This document shows, one piece after another, positions 1 through 9,659 of a stretch of 64,000 bases of DNA. The stretch lies in the IMG/VR virus record IMGVR_UViG_3300006149_000007; one strand, written 5' to 3'. Made by a program: the position numbers and the translations under genes. This stretch comes from a virus. The notes below the pieces were generated by a model. The model did no database searches. It saw nothing but the letters and a program-made list of their open reading frames with translations, and was not told the origin of the DNA. How positions within the stretch are numbered: position 1 is the stretch's first letter; every line of letters starts with the position of its first letter.

Positions 1-172
1 CAAAATATGGATATAACAACGCAAATCTATTTTTCAATACCTCCTTTAATTATAGTATATTTTATACATGGGGGGGGGTATTGGTAAAATTTTCCATTCT
101 CCCCCTAATTAATTATATAATGTAAAATCTTTAAGTCAATTTTTTTAGATTAATTAATGGAGGTACATAACG

Positions 173-352
173 ATGAAAGAAGATTTGAACGAAAAAGAGA
201 TTTACAGAAAGAAAATTATTGAAATAGTGGAGAAAATCGAGAATCCAAAAAAAGGAGAACTCCTGTATAGAATAGTATCTATCGCAGAAGTTCTCCCAGT
301 TTGCGAATGTCAAAGAATTTGTGATTACTTGTCGGAGTTGTATCTTTCTTGA
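173..352 (+). CDS. hypothetical small protein (59 aa)
   Basis: ATG at 173 lies 7 nt after GGAGGT. Product MKEDLNEKEIYRKKIIEIVEK... has a charged, coding-like composition. The gene is convergent with, and overlaps, the repressor 3' end. It falls below the ORF-track size cutoff. Confidence 0.4.
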   Translation: MKEDLNEKEIYRKKIIEIVEKIENPKKGELLYRIVSIAEVLPVCECQRICDYLSELYLS

Positions 353-696
353 CATTTCAGCAGGTTTTCCATTAAAGAGTATACAGCCTTCTTATGTCCA
401 AATGTAAGTTGGCTGTACAGCTTTACCATCTTAGCTTCATCAGAACCACGCTTTAATTCTCTATACTTCTGATATTCTTCTTTGTCCCATTCTGTAAGGT
501 TTTCGGGAAGAACACCCAAAGCATCTGACAATTTCTTGAGCATTTCAACATCAACTTTCTTGATATTTCCACTTTCATACTTTTGAGCAGTAGCCTCTGT
601 AACTCCTATCCTGTCAGCAAGCTCTTTTAATGTCAAGTCTTTCTCTTTTCGGTATTTTTTGATATTATTACCGATTCTTGTAGCGAATTGACCGAT
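325..696 (-). CDS. XRE-family HTH repressor (CI-like)
   Basis: HTH sequence ..IGNNIKKYRKEKDLTLKELADRIGVTEATAQKYESGN. Helix 1 lies upstream of the only canonical start (TTG at 636). The frame stays open to an ATC at 696, which sits 8 nt after AGGAGGT. Confidence 0.75.
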   Translation of the reverse strand: MGQFATRIGNNIKKYRKEKDLTLKELADRIGVTEATAQKYESGNIKKVDVEMLKKLSDALGVLPENLTEWDKEEYQKYRELKRGSDEAKMVKLYSQLTFGHKKAVYSLMENLLKCQERYNSDK

Positions 697-729
697 TTCT
701 TTATACCTCCTTTCTTTAATAGTGTTATC

Positions 730-820
730 ATTCTATCATAATATGATAGAAATGTAAATAGATTTTCTAAAAAACTTTCACAATGCGATTGACAATACTT
801 TCTTTATATGATAGTATAAT
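730..820. promoter_or_regulatory. Divergent repressor/cro promoters with ATGATAG-type operators
   Basis: Minus strand: TTTACA, 17 nt, TAGAAT, with palindrome CTATCAT-aat-ATGATAG (733-749) inside the spacer. Plus strand: TTGACA (789-794) with a TAGTATAAT -10 region that contains another ATGATAG (808-814). Confidence 0.6.
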
Positions 821-851
821 ATCACAATATGAAAGAAAGTGAGGTATAAGC

Positions 852-1052
852 ATGAATTTGCCTAAATTAAAGGGGATTATACGCGAGAGGGACAGAAACT
901 ACATACAGTGCGCCAATTCCATAGGAAAAAGCGTTGCCTCATTCAATAAAAGAATGAACGGCAAAATTCCTTTTTCTATCGTAGAATTAGAGGATTTGGG
1001 AAACTATCTTGAAATGACAGATAATGAGAAGATAGAAGTTTTTTTGCGTTAG
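852..1052 (+). CDS. Cro-like small DNA-binding regulator
   Basis: 66 aa, divergent from the repressor. A GTGAGGT SD precedes the start. HTH-like segment YIQCANSIGKSVASFNKRMNG. Confidence 0.55.
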   Translation: MNLPKLKGIIRERDRNYIQCANSIGKSVASFNKRMNGKIPFSIVELEDLGNYLEMTDNEKIEVFLR

Positions 1053-1101
1053 AACTATCATATCAAGATAGGAAAATCACAGAAAGGAAGTGAGAGAAAT
1101 A

Positions 1102-1845
1102 ATGAATGAACTAATCCAATCAAACAATACCATAACTTCATTAGAAGTTGCGGAAATGGTGGAGAAAGACCATAGCAATCTAATGAAAGACATTCGCAGA
1201 TATATTCAAAAGTCTGCCGAAGTGAAAATTGACTTGGGCGATTTCTTTATCGAAAGTTCATACTTAGACGCAAATAATCAAAGCAGACCATGTTTTAATG
1301 TGACAAAGAAAGGGTGCGAGTTTATTGCGAATAAATTAACAGGTGCGAAAGGCGTAGTGTTTACTACAAAATATATCAACCGTTTTCACGACATGGAAGA
1401 TTACATTAATCATAACAGCAATCAAAGTAAAATAGAGCAATCTGCCTTCATGGTCAAGTTCGTTGCTGATGATATGCGAGTGAATGACGCAAGCAGGCTT
1501 TTGATGTATGAGAACTTATGTAAAGACTTCAACATTCCTACTGGCTTTCTCCCAAAGTATGAGCATAACGGAAGCAGAGAAATGAAAGCTCCGTCGCATT
1601 TGCTGAAAGAAAATAATTGTAGTTTAAAAGCTGCTAAATTTAATCTTTTGCTGATTGAACATGGGTATTTAGAAGAAAAAGAACGCCCGTCAAGTAAGGG
1701 TGGAATAAAGAAGTATAAGAGATTGACTGAAAAGGGATTGCAGTATGGAGAAAATGCAGTCAGTCCGCATAACCAGAAAGAATTACAACCGCTATATTAT
1801 GCAGATACGTTTATGGAATTGTACAAAGATGTGGTACATCAGTAA
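1102..1845 (+). CDS. Rha-family phage regulatory protein / antirepressor
   Basis: N-terminus ITSLEVAEMVEKDHSNLMKDIRRYI matches the Phage_pRha signature. Position is immediately after cro. Confidence 0.7.
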   Translation: MNELIQSNNTITSLEVAEMVEKDHSNLMKDIRRYIQKSAEVKIDLGDFFIESSYLDANNQSRPCFNVTKKGCEFIANKLTGAKGVVFTTKYINRFHDMEDYINHNSNQSKIEQSAFMVKFVADDMRVNDASRLLMYENLCKDFNIPTGFLPKYEHNGSREMKAPSHLLKENNCSLKAAKFNLLLIEHGYLEEKERPSSKGGIKKYKRLTEKGLQYGENAVSPHNQKELQPLYYADTFMELYKDVVHQ

Positions 1846-1870
1846 AATATGAGAAAGTGAGTATTAGCAC

Positions 1871-2050
1871 ATGGAAACAAATTTATATGTGAAATTTTAC
1901 ACAAGTGTTGCGAATAAACAAAATATGTGGATTGAGCAGGAAGGAAAAGAAGGAATAAGATATCGCGTGAATAATATAGAAGATATCAAAAAATACTTTC
2001 AGGAGTATATTGAAAAATATACAAATATATCCGTTTTAAAGGAAAACTAG
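1871..2050 (+). CDS. hypothetical small protein (59 aa)
   Basis: ATG-initiated ORF METNLYVKFYTSVANKQNMWIEQEGK... that fills an intergenic gap. Confidence 0.3.
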   Translation: METNLYVKFYTSVANKQNMWIEQEGKEGIRYRVNNIEDIKKYFQEYIEKYTNISVLKEN

Positions 2051-2099
2051 TAGAAGATAAACTGTAGATTTTAGAAAAAATATTTATGAGGATAAGAAA

Positions 2100-2510
2100 A
2101 TGGATAAGGATATGAAATGCTGTTGGAATTGTCGATTGCGAACTGACGATAAATGTCAATTAATGTATGGAAATTTTAAAAAAAAGAGCATTATGGAGGA
2201 TGCTAAGCCATGTGGCTCATGGACCAAAAGAAGTTGGGAAGAAGAAACACTATCAAGCAATATAGGTCCATTTGGAGATAAAAATGAATATGTAGTTTTG
2301 AAAGCAAAGTATCCAAATTCAATATTTTGTTTTACGCAAAAATATTCCAATTACATAAACTCGTATAATAATATGATAGAAGATTTTGAAGAATGTAAAA
2401 AAAGGACACTTCGTAATGAAGAATTTTTGCATTTTATAAAAGCAGAAATACCAGATGTTTATAAAAAACTAAAATCAGAATATAAAAAAGCAAAAAAGGA
2501 GAAAGAGTAA
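2100..2510 (+). CDS. hypothetical Cys-containing protein
   Basis: 136-aa ORF with CWNC and C...C at the N-terminus. A GAGGA SD precedes the start. Confidence 0.45.
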   Translation: MDKDMKCCWNCRLRTDDKCQLMYGNFKKKSIMEDAKPCGSWTKRSWEEETLSSNIGPFGDKNEYVVLKAKYPNSIFCFTQKYSNYINSYNNMIEDFEECKKRTLRNEEFLHFIKAEIPDVYKKLKSEYKKAKKEKE

Positions 2511-2511
2511 T

Positions 2512-3603
2512 ATGATTGAAGGAGATTTTTTATATTGTTTTAACAATTCTAAAAAAGATGATAGAAATATACTTACAAAAAAACAGTTATCAGAATTTAT
2601 AGATCAAAACTATTTTAATGGAATTGTAAAAGAAATACACACAGGAACAGCGATTACGAGGTACGACATCGAGGTAAAACCAAAGGCAATAAAATATTTT
2701 TTGACATTAGAAAGAGAATTTAATGCTTTTTTTGATTCTGGAAATTGCCGAGTATTTCAGAAAGGAAAATATGTGTGCGTAGAAGTCCCAAATAAATATA
2801 GAGGAATATATGGTTTTGCGGATTGCATTTCTTCTTTGCGAACTATTTCAGACCATAAAAACAAGTTGTACATTTCTATAGGAGAAGCGCTTGACGGAAG
2901 TAACATCAATTATGATTTGGTACAAATGCCACACTTACTTGTAGCAGGACAGACGGGAAGTGGAAAGAGCGTATTTCTGCATAATGTAATACTTTCTTTA
3001 CTTTTACAATATAATGCAGACGAATTGAATTTGCTACTGATTGACCCGAAAGAGGTTGAATTTAGCTTTTATAGAAATGCTCCGCAAGTAAGAGAAGTTG
3101 TAACAAATGGAGACAGAGTGGTAAGGAAGATAAGGGATATGTGTGATGAAATGGATAACAGATATTCTATATTTACTGAAAAGTCAGTGAGGGATATTTC
3201 TTTATTCAATGAAATTTCAGAAGTTAAAATGCCAAGAATAGTTGTACTTATTGAAGAATTAGCAGATTTACTAATATCGCAAGGGAATGAGGTTATTGCA
3301 GACATCACAAGGCTTATAGTAAAGGCTAGGGCTTGTGGCATACATATTATACTTTCCACACAAAGACCAGAAGCGGAATTTATGACAGGAAAATTGAGAA
3401 GTAATTTTCAATGCCGAGTAGCATTTTCAACATCAGATGCAAGAGATAGTCAAATGATTTTAGGAAGAAAAGGTGCTGAAAAATTAAAAGGAAAAGGGGA
3501 TGGGATTTTCAGAACAAATAACGGGGCACAAAATACAAGGTTTCAATCAGCGATGATTACAGAGAAAGAAATTAAAAAAGCAGTAAAAAAACTGTGCGAA
3601 TAA
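2512..3603 (+). CDS. FtsK/SpoIIIE-family DNA translocase ATPase
   Basis: Walker A GQTGSGKSV, Walker B IVVLIEELADL, and STQRP / R-finger region. Confidence 0.85.
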   Translation: MIEGDFLYCFNNSKKDDRNILTKKQLSEFIDQNYFNGIVKEIHTGTAITRYDIEVKPKAIKYFLTLEREFNAFFDSGNCRVFQKGKYVCVEVPNKYRGIYGFADCISSLRTISDHKNKLYISIGEALDGSNINYDLVQMPHLLVAGQTGSGKSVFLHNVILSLLLQYNADELNLLLIDPKEVEFSFYRNAPQVREVVTNGDRVVRKIRDMCDEMDNRYSIFTEKSVRDISLFNEISEVKMPRIVVLIEELADLLISQGNEVIADITRLIVKARACGIHIILSTQRPEAEFMTGKLRSNFQCRVAFSTSDARDSQMILGRKGAEKLKGKGDGIFRTNNGAQNTRFQSAMITEKEIKKAVKKLCE

Positions 3604-3757
3604 AAACAGTGTAGTAATCAAATTCGCCCCACCAGTACGGCTAATACTGGCAGGGCATGAATCGGTATCAACTTTAAGCAACTTACCAATTCAGGACTAT
3701 TTTAACACAATTCTCCTGATTTGGAAAGAATATATTTCAAAATAGGAGGATATTTTT

Positions 3758-4066
3758 ATGCAACATGAGGATTTAAAGCCAGATAAGGAAAAGAAAACCG
3801 AATGGCAAAGCCTAGCTATCGAAATTGCGGCAAGATTGAAAGCGGCGGAAAAGGCGAAAAATGTGGCGATTGTCACAATGGGAGCCGCAATAGTCATAAT
3901 CACAATATGGCTGGTACACATCAACTACCAGAATGACAAGGAATGGCGTTCCCTGTTCGATTCCTACGACTTTATCTCACAAGACGGCGAGGGCTTCAAC
4001 AACATCAATAATGGAGAGCAAGGAGACTTGAATAATGGGACAGAGAGTGAAATTAAAGAAAAATAG
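3758..4066 (+). CDS. membrane protein, unknown function
   Basis: AGGAGGA SD. One TM segment, VAIVTMGAAIVIITIWLV. Confidence 0.5.
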   Translation: MQHEDLKPDKEKKTEWQSLAIEIAARLKAAEKAKNVAIVTMGAAIVIITIWLVHINYQNDKEWRSLFDSYDFISQDGEGFNNINNGEQGDLNNGTESEIKEK

Positions 4067-4135
4067 AAACGGTGTCAAAGGCTATGCGACAAAAAGCAAC
4101 GGAACTAAAAAGAAAGTGAAGGTAAAAAGAAAAAA

Positions 4136-4357
4136 ATGAAACAACCAAAGAGATTGACAAAAGAGCAGAAAAAAGTGGTTTCTGCTTCTGGTTATCTACC
4201 TGATAACTGGATGTTGGAAAAAGAAATAGAGTTTTATTTACATATTATCCATAAAATATCAGGAGCGCGCAGAACAGTTGACCGGTACGCAATTCCAAAG
4301 AAAGGAAACAGAAAAAATGATAAACCTAGAAGTAGTGACGATTCAGGACTGTCTTGA
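4136..4357 (+). CDS. hypothetical protein (DUF6906-like, common in Firmicutes mobile elements)
   Basis: MKQPKRLTKEQKKVVSASGYLPDNWML resembles the N-terminal signature of that family, recalled from memory. Confidence 0.4.
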   Translation: MKQPKRLTKEQKKVVSASGYLPDNWMLEKEIEFYLHIIHKISGARRTVDRYAIPKKGNRKNDKPRSSDDSGLS

Positions 4358-4481
4358 TTTATTTTTCATGAAAAATAAATGCACTATTTGCAACGATGGA
4401 AAGATAATAGAATTTATAGAAAATGAAACGCAAGGCAAAAATAATTTAAAACAAAAAGGAGATTCAAAATGGAAAGGTTGA
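4317..4481 (+). CDS. hypothetical small protein
   Basis: Internal ATG of track ORF 4278..4481 (MINLEVVTIQDCLD...). It overlaps the preceding gene's end. Confidence 0.3.
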   Translation: MINLEVVTIQDCLDLFFMKNKCTICNDGKIIEFIENETQGKNNLKQKGDSKWKG

Positions 4482-5101
4482 TAAATAATAAAACAACTAT
4501 TATAGGTGAAATCGTTTCTGATTTCAGATACAGCCATCAGGTATATGGAGAGGGCTTCTACATAGTAGATGTGGCCGTGAGCAGATTGAGTGAATTGTCT
4601 GACATTATACCTCTTATGGTTTCCGAAAGACTGGTGGATGTGACTGAAAATTGTGTGGGAAGATTGGTGGAAACTTCAGGACAGTTCCGTTCTTATAACA
4701 GACATGAGGGATTGAAAAACAAACTTGTCTTGTCTGTATTTGTGAGGGAATGGGAGTTTGTAGATGAAAATCCTGAGGCAGGAAAGACAAATCAGATTTA
4801 TCTTGACGGATTTATCTGCAAGGCGCCGATTTACAGAAAGACACCACTGGGCCGTGAAATTGCTGATTTGCTGATTGCAGTAAACAGACCATATGGAAAG
4901 AGCGATTATATCCCGTGTATTGCCTGGGGAAGAAATGCAAGATTTGCAGAGGGTATGGAAGTCGGCACGAGATTACAGATTGAGGGCAGAATCCAGAGCA
5001 GAGAATATCAGAAACAGATTTCTGATGATGAATACGAAACTCGGACGGCATATGAGGTAAGCGTAAGTAAGCTGACAGTGGTTGAAGAAACGGAGGAATG
5101 A
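4469..5101 (+). CDS. ssb: single-stranded DNA-binding protein (OB fold)
   Basis: AAGGAG SD. C-terminal half IPCIAWGRNARFAEGMEVGTRLQIEGRIQSREYQK..RTAYEVSVSKL is SSB-like. Confidence 0.6.
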   Translation: MERLINNKTTIIGEIVSDFRYSHQVYGEGFYIVDVAVSRLSELSDIIPLMVSERLVDVTENCVGRLVETSGQFRSYNRHEGLKNKLVLSVFVREWEFVDENPEAGKTNQIYLDGFICKAPIYRKTPLGREIADLLIAVNRPYGKSDYIPCIAWGRNARFAEGMEVGTRLQIEGRIQSREYQKQISDDEYETRTAYEVSVSKLTVVEETEE

Positions 5102-5103
5102 TT

Positions 5104-5301
5104 ATGTGGGAGATACATCCAGTGCATACATTGTGTGTGCTTCCTGCTACAGACGGAAATTTTAAGTCGGCATTGAAAAGAGCCTCTAATGAGCATATAC
5201 AAGAGGCGATAGACGCAATGAAATCAAGCAACGGTCAGCATAAAAGCAGGATTACCGCTTGCGAAAGAGAATTAAGACGGAGGGCAAAACATGGACTATA
5301 A
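5104..5301 (+). CDS. hypothetical protein
   Basis: ATG lies 8 nt after GGAGGA. Basic C-terminus ERELRRRAKHG. Confidence 0.4.
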   Translation: MWEIHPVHTLCVLPATDGNFKSALKRASNEHIQEAIDAMKSSNGQHKSRITACERELRRRAKHGL

Positions 5302-5596
5302 AATCCGGAAAACCTACGAAGTAACACAAATCCACGAATTTTCCGTAGACTGGAACGGATTTAACTTCCTTATCATCTACGGACACCACATAAACGGATG
5401 GTTTATCGCCATTCCGAACTGTAATGTATGCACTGAGGCAGGAGAACCGGAAGATGCGGAATATAACGCCACGAAGTTAGCACAGACACGCATTCACGAT
5501 ATTGCACCTATGTATCTTGCACAGGCAATTAAGGAACACTGGGAATATCTGAAACAACGCGAGGAAAGAGAGGGAAATCAGAATGGCAAAATTTAA
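5291..5596 (+). CDS. hypothetical protein
   Basis: 101-aa ORF that overlaps neighbouring genes in an operon-like way. Confidence 0.45.
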   Translation: MDYKIRKTYEVTQIHEFSVDWNGFNFLIIYGHHINGWFIAIPNCNVCTEAGEPEDAEYNATKLAQTRIHDIAPMYLAQAIKEHWEYLKQREEREGNQNGKI

Positions 5597-6221
5597 TATC
5601 GAGGTAGAATTGGACTGGCTCAATGATGAAGAATATTCGATTGATGAAGAAATCAGAGAGCAGGTAATAGACGGAGTTAAGAACGAACTTCTGAAAAGGG
5701 CAACAGATGAGGCATTGAAGAAACTAGATTCTGCCATTGCAGAAAAGCTGGAAGAAGCAACGGACATTATCGAACAGAGGGTGCGGGATTTTATCGCCGT
5801 CGTTACCGAAAAGCAGATTGAGAAAATCCAAATTCCAAAGAAAAAATCTACATGGAGTGACGAGGTTGAATTTATTCCTATCAGTGAGTTTGTCGGCAGG
5901 CAGTATGAGGAATATTTGACAAAGAAAGTATATGACAGAGATTTCAAAAGACCAAGATATGAATCTGACGCTGTATATTCGATTGCAGAGGGGCAGATAA
6001 AGCAATATCTGAATGGGACTTTATCAGCGCAAGTAAGTGAAATGGTTCGGAAAGCGCAAAAAGAAGCAGAAGATACCGTAATTAAAACGCTTGAACAGAA
6101 CCTTAAAGACCAGTTGGCGGTTGACACAATCAAGCGTATGAATATCCCGAAACTGCTTGAGAATTTACAGCAGAAAGCGTTGGAATTTGAAAAGGAGGGT
6201 TCAGATGCAAACAACGATTAA
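5583..6221 (+). CDS. hypothetical acidic coiled-coil protein
   Basis: 212-aa ORF, E/K-rich. It overlaps the start of the downstream ATPase gene. Confidence 0.5.
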   Translation: MAKFNIEVELDWLNDEEYSIDEEIREQVIDGVKNELLKRATDEALKKLDSAIAEKLEEATDIIEQRVRDFIAVVTEKQIEKIQIPKKKSTWSDEVEFIPISEFVGRQYEEYLTKKVYDRDFKRPRYESDAVYSIAEGQIKQYLNGTLSAQVSEMVRKAQKEAEDTVIKTLEQNLKDQLAVDTIKRMNIPKLLENLQQKALEFEKEGSDANND

Positions 6222-8178
6222 AAGAATTAACATTCAGAATTTTAAGGGCATTAGAGAAAAAGAAATCACTTTCAATTCTCAAAATGCCAAAATCAGCGGT
6301 TGCAACGCAAGCGGAAAGACGACAATAGCTGATGCGGTCACATGGGCATTGTTCGGAGTAGATAGCCAATGGAACGCAAAATTTGAAATCCGTCCACTTG
6401 ATGAGAGTGGAGAGAAGATACATAACATTGAGATTTCTGTATGTGTAGTATTTGACATTGACGGAAAAGAGAAGTCATTCCGGCGGCAGTTAAAGGAAAA
6501 CTGGGTAACGAAGCGAGGAACATCAGAGCGAACCTTGCAGGGAAATGTCGGGGCATATTCCGTAGATGATTACCCAAAATCCGAAAAGGAATACAAAGAA
6601 TGTGTCGCCGGTATCGTCAGTGAGGATTTATTCAAAATTCTAACCTCTCCCGCCTATTTCCCAAACATGAAATGGCAGGAGCAGAGGGAAATCCTCATGC
6701 GGTTTGTGACGGATATTTCAGATGTGGAACTGGCAGAGCAGGACAAGCGGTTTGCAGACCTTATAGGAGAGTTAGAGAAAGCGCCGTCAACGGACGACAT
6801 CAAGAAGAAATACCAGAAACCCTTAAATGAGTGGAAGAAAAAGCAGACAGAGTTGCCAGTCCGCATTGACGAAGCAGAAAAGCAGAAAGTTGACATTGAC
6901 GTTGCCGAGTTAGAACTTCTGAAAAACTCCCTAAATGAGCAGATTGCCGAGAATAAGGCAAAGCAGGAGGATATTTCAAAGGAATTTGAGGAACAGCAAA
7001 AGGCGAGCGACGGCGTAATTGAGCTGAAAATGGAATTGAACACCTTGCAACAGAAAGCCAACGAAAGCCTTGACAATAAACGCCGAGAAATCCGCAGGGA
7101 ACTTGATGGTTTAGATTTTCAGTTGAAAGAGGTCAAACATCAAATCCGACTGAATAAGCAGGACATTCAAGTGGCAGAGGATTCCATTAAAAGCAACGAG
7201 GCGAGAATCCAAACAGAGTATGGGAAATGGAATGATTATAACAACGAATTAAAGGTAGTTGAGAAGTATGAAATGGACGAAAACAGCCTTATTTGTTCCA
7301 TGTGCGGTCAAGAGTTTCCAGTAAAGAAAAAGAAAGAATTAGTTTCTGATTTCGACGAAAAGAAACGGAAGAAAATTGAACAACTTAAAAATGATAAATC
7401 CGCAACAGAAAAGCGAGGAAGTAAATTAAGGACTGCTATTGACAAGGATAAGGTAGAAATCAAACAGTTGAAAGCCGCGTTAAAAGAGAATGAAGATGAA
7501 AAAATCAACCTTGCAGAATCAATCAAGGGATTAGAGAAAACTCTTGAAGAAGTGCCGCAGTCCGTTGACATTTCCAACCGCCCCGAAGTGCAGGAAATCC
7601 AAAAGCAGATTGCCGAGAAAGAAGCTGCTATGAAAAAGGGTAACAGTGCGGAGGAAATCAGGCAACAGTTGAAAGATGATTTAGAGGATTTGCAGTCACA
7701 GAAAACCGAGGTTGAGAAACAGCTTGCCTTTGTACAGAAGAATGTGGAGATTGACGACCGTATCGCTGAATTGCAGAAAGAACAGCGTGAGGTTGCACAG
7801 AAAGTAGCCGACCAAGAGAAAATGCTGTATCTGCTTGAGGAATTTATCCGTTTTAAGATGGATAGCGTTTCGGAAACCATCAACAGCCAGTTTGAAATGG
7901 TAAACTTCATTCTTTTCCGAAATCAAATCAACGGAGGATTGTCTGAAACGTGCGAATGCGAATATGGCGGCGTACCGTATGCAAGTCTTAATTCAGCCGC
8001 AAAGATACAGTGCGGGCTTGACATCATACGGACTTTACAGAAATTCCATGACGTGTACTGTCCTGTATTTGTGGATAACAGGGAGAGTTGCACAGAGATA
8101 CCGAAAATGGATTGTCAGGTTATCAGCTTGTATGTTGAGCCGAGTTGCAAGGAATTAAAGATTGAAACGGAGGATTGA
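6205..8178 (+). CDS. Rad50/SbcC-like AAA ATPase with long coiled coil and zinc hook
   Basis: ATG at 6205 follows GGAGGG. Walker A GCNASGKTT, about 400 aa of coiled coil, hook CSMCGQ, C-terminal D-loop VFVDNRES. Confidence 0.8.
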   Translation: MQTTIKRINIQNFKGIREKEITFNSQNAKISGCNASGKTTIADAVTWALFGVDSQWNAKFEIRPLDESGEKIHNIEISVCVVFDIDGKEKSFRRQLKENWVTKRGTSERTLQGNVGAYSVDDYPKSEKEYKECVAGIVSEDLFKILTSPAYFPNMKWQEQREILMRFVTDISDVELAEQDKRFADLIGELEKAPSTDDIKKKYQKPLNEWKKKQTELPVRIDEAEKQKVDIDVAELELLKNSLNEQIAENKAKQEDISKEFEEQQKASDGVIELKMELNTLQQKANESLDNKRREIRRELDGLDFQLKEVKHQIRLNKQDIQVAEDSIKSNEARIQTEYGKWNDYNNELKVVEKYEMDENSLICSMCGQEFPVKKKKELVSDFDEKKRKKIEQLKNDKSATEKRGSKLRTAIDKDKVEIKQLKAALKENEDEKINLAESIKGLEKTLEEVPQSVDISNRPEVQEIQKQIAEKEAAMKKGNSAEEIRQQLKDDLEDLQSQKTEVEKQLAFVQKNVEIDDRIAELQKEQREVAQKVADQEKMLYLLEEFIRFKMDSVSETINSQFEMVNFILFRNQINGGLSETCECEYGGVPYASLNSAAKIQCGLDIIRTLQKFHDVYCPVFVDNRESCTEIPKMDCQVISLYVEPSCKELKIETED

Positions 8179-8182
8179 AAAA

Positions 8183-8818
8183 ATGACAGAATATACAAAA
8201 ATCGAAACAGTATTTGAACGTGACATGGAAGGGACAAAGAAACTGATTGAGGGCAAGTTCCGTAATGAAACGGTTGAATATCTTAAAGACAACCGTTGGA
8301 TTGGCACAGAAAAGATTGACGGAACAAACATAGGTATTGTTTGGGATGGTCACAAGGTATCGTATCAGGGGAGGACAGAGAGGGCGCAGATACCAGCACA
8401 TCTTACGAATAAGCTGATTGAAATGTTCGGCGGCACAGTCAACGAAGAACTGTTTGAACAGAAATTCGGAGAAATGCAAGTCATTCTGTTTGGCGAGGGT
8501 TACGGTGCGAAAATCCAAAAAGGCGGCGGCAATTACCGTAGTGACATTTCTTTTATCCTTTTTGACGTTTATCTGCCTGAACAGAATTTATGGCTGAAAC
8601 GTGACGCAGTAGAGGACATTGCAAAGACGTTCGGCATTGATGTTGTTCCGATTGTCTACGAGGGCGACATTAAAGGTGCGGTTGAATTTGTAAAGAGCAA
8701 GCCAAAATCTACAATCGGCGTAGCGGATATGGAAGGAATTGTCTGCAAGCCTGCGGTTGATATGCTTGACCGCATGGGGCGTAGGTTGATTGTGAAAATT
8801 AAGGTGTGTGATTTTTAG
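8183..8818 (+). CDS. ATP-dependent RNA/DNA ligase-family nucleotidyltransferase (Rnl-like)
   Basis: Motif I KIDGTN, N-terminus YTKIETVFER, and later FGEGYG plus EGIVCK motifs. Confidence 0.7.
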   Translation: MTEYTKIETVFERDMEGTKKLIEGKFRNETVEYLKDNRWIGTEKIDGTNIGIVWDGHKVSYQGRTERAQIPAHLTNKLIEMFGGTVNEELFEQKFGEMQVILFGEGYGAKIQKGGGNYRSDISFILFDVYLPEQNLWLKRDAVEDIAKTFGIDVVPIVYEGDIKGAVEFVKSKPKSTIGVADMEGIVCKPAVDMLDRMGRRLIVKIKVCDF

Positions 8819-8836
8819 TAAATGGAGGAATATGAA

Positions 8837-9004
8837 ATGGCAAAGAATAAAAAGAAAGTTGTCACTTGCGAAATGTGCGACAACTGCATACCAATAGGCG
8901 AGGGCGACCATTTGTGCGATGAATGTCAAGAAATTGTAATTTCTGAATATTCTCCGACTGATGAATATTTGAAATGCGGAGGTAAAAAGTATGTCGAGAG
9001 GTAA
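8837..9004 (+). CDS. small zinc-ribbon protein
   Basis: CEMCDNC...CDEC. ATG lies 6 nt after GGAGGA. Confidence 0.45.
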   Translation: MAKNKKKVVTCEMCDNCIPIGEGDHLCDECQEIVISEYSPTDEYLKCGGKKYVER

Positions 9005-9290
9005 GAAACGAATTTTAATCGTGGCGTTGGCAGTTGTGATGGCGGTTTGCTTGGTGGGGTGTGGAACTACATATCAGGAAGCGACAGGACAGACAGAAAG
9101 TAATACAAACGGAAGTTTTTGCAATGGATATTTCACGAAAATAGTAGAATGGGAAGATTCTTATTCGAATTATTATATTGTTTATGCGAATGATACAAAG
9201 GTCAAATACCTTGTCATGTCTGCACAAACAAGGAGTGGAATTACACCGCTTTACAACGCAGACGGAACATTACAACTCTATGAAGATTAA
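8991..9290 (+). CDS. lipoprotein
   Basis: Signal peptide with lipobox LVGCG (ILIVALAVVMAVCLVGCG). Confidence 0.6.
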   Translation: MSRGKKRILIVALAVVMAVCLVGCGTTYQEATGQTESNTNGSFCNGYFTKIVEWEDSYSNYYIVYANDTKVKYLVMSAQTRSGITPLYNADGTLQLYED

Positions 9291-9339
9291 CTCCCCATGC
9301 GGTCTTATGGCATGGGTTGAAAGAAAGGAGAATGAGGGA

Positions 9340-9657
9340 ATGCGGCAAAATCCATGTAGATACTGCGCTTTATCGGTAGAATACAAAAACAGACATTCTC
9401 CATCATGGAAGAAAGAGTGCGGAGAGTGCGAACCTTACAAAAAGCACAAGGAGCATCTGCAATCACAGCGGAAATTTACCGAGGGAGAGCAGATAACAAC
9501 ACTTGACGAATTATTAAAGCAGGAATGGGTTATAACCCACCACAAGTACACAAAGCACATAAAAGTCATTAAGAATATGCAGTTGACAACGGTGTTGATG
9601 TGGCTTGAACGTGGTTATTTTAGTAAAGCAATTAGAAAAGAAATGGAGGAAAATTGA
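9340..9657 (+). CDS. hypothetical Cys-rich protein
   Basis: ATG follows AAAGGAG. Contains CRYC...CGEC. Confidence 0.4.
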   Translation: MRQNPCRYCALSVEYKNRHSPSWKKECGECEPYKKHKEHLQSQRKFTEGEQITTLDELLKQEWVITHHKYTKHIKVIKNMQLTTVLMWLERGYFSKAIRKEMEEN

Positions 9658-9659
9658 TT

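Noticed and set aside
71-79. G9 homopolymer as a phase-variation tract
   Set aside because: It lies in non-coding DNA about 95 nt upstream of a small ORF and has no clear promoter-spacer role. It cannot be distinguished from a sequencing or assembly artefact.
131-355. Minus-strand ORF 131..355
   Set aside because: It has Phe/Asn-rich shadow composition and no SD. The + strand 173..352 ORF has a GGAGGT SD and a plausible protein sequence.
3620-3655. Imperfect 12-bp hairpin (GCCCCACCAGTA...TACTGGCAGGGC) after the FtsK-like gene as a terminator or ssDNA origin
   Set aside because: There is no T-run and the stem has two mismatches. No supporting context exists, so it is noted but not called.
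5477-6214. Long minus-strand ORFs (5477..6214, 6654..7076, 7308..7910, 28588..29253, 33223..33747, 31514..31993, 62523..63413 and others)
   Set aside because: They lie antisense to well-supported + strand genes. Their composition is Ser/Phe/Cys/His-rich shadow sequence mirroring E/K/M-rich sense codons. They have no SD sequences.
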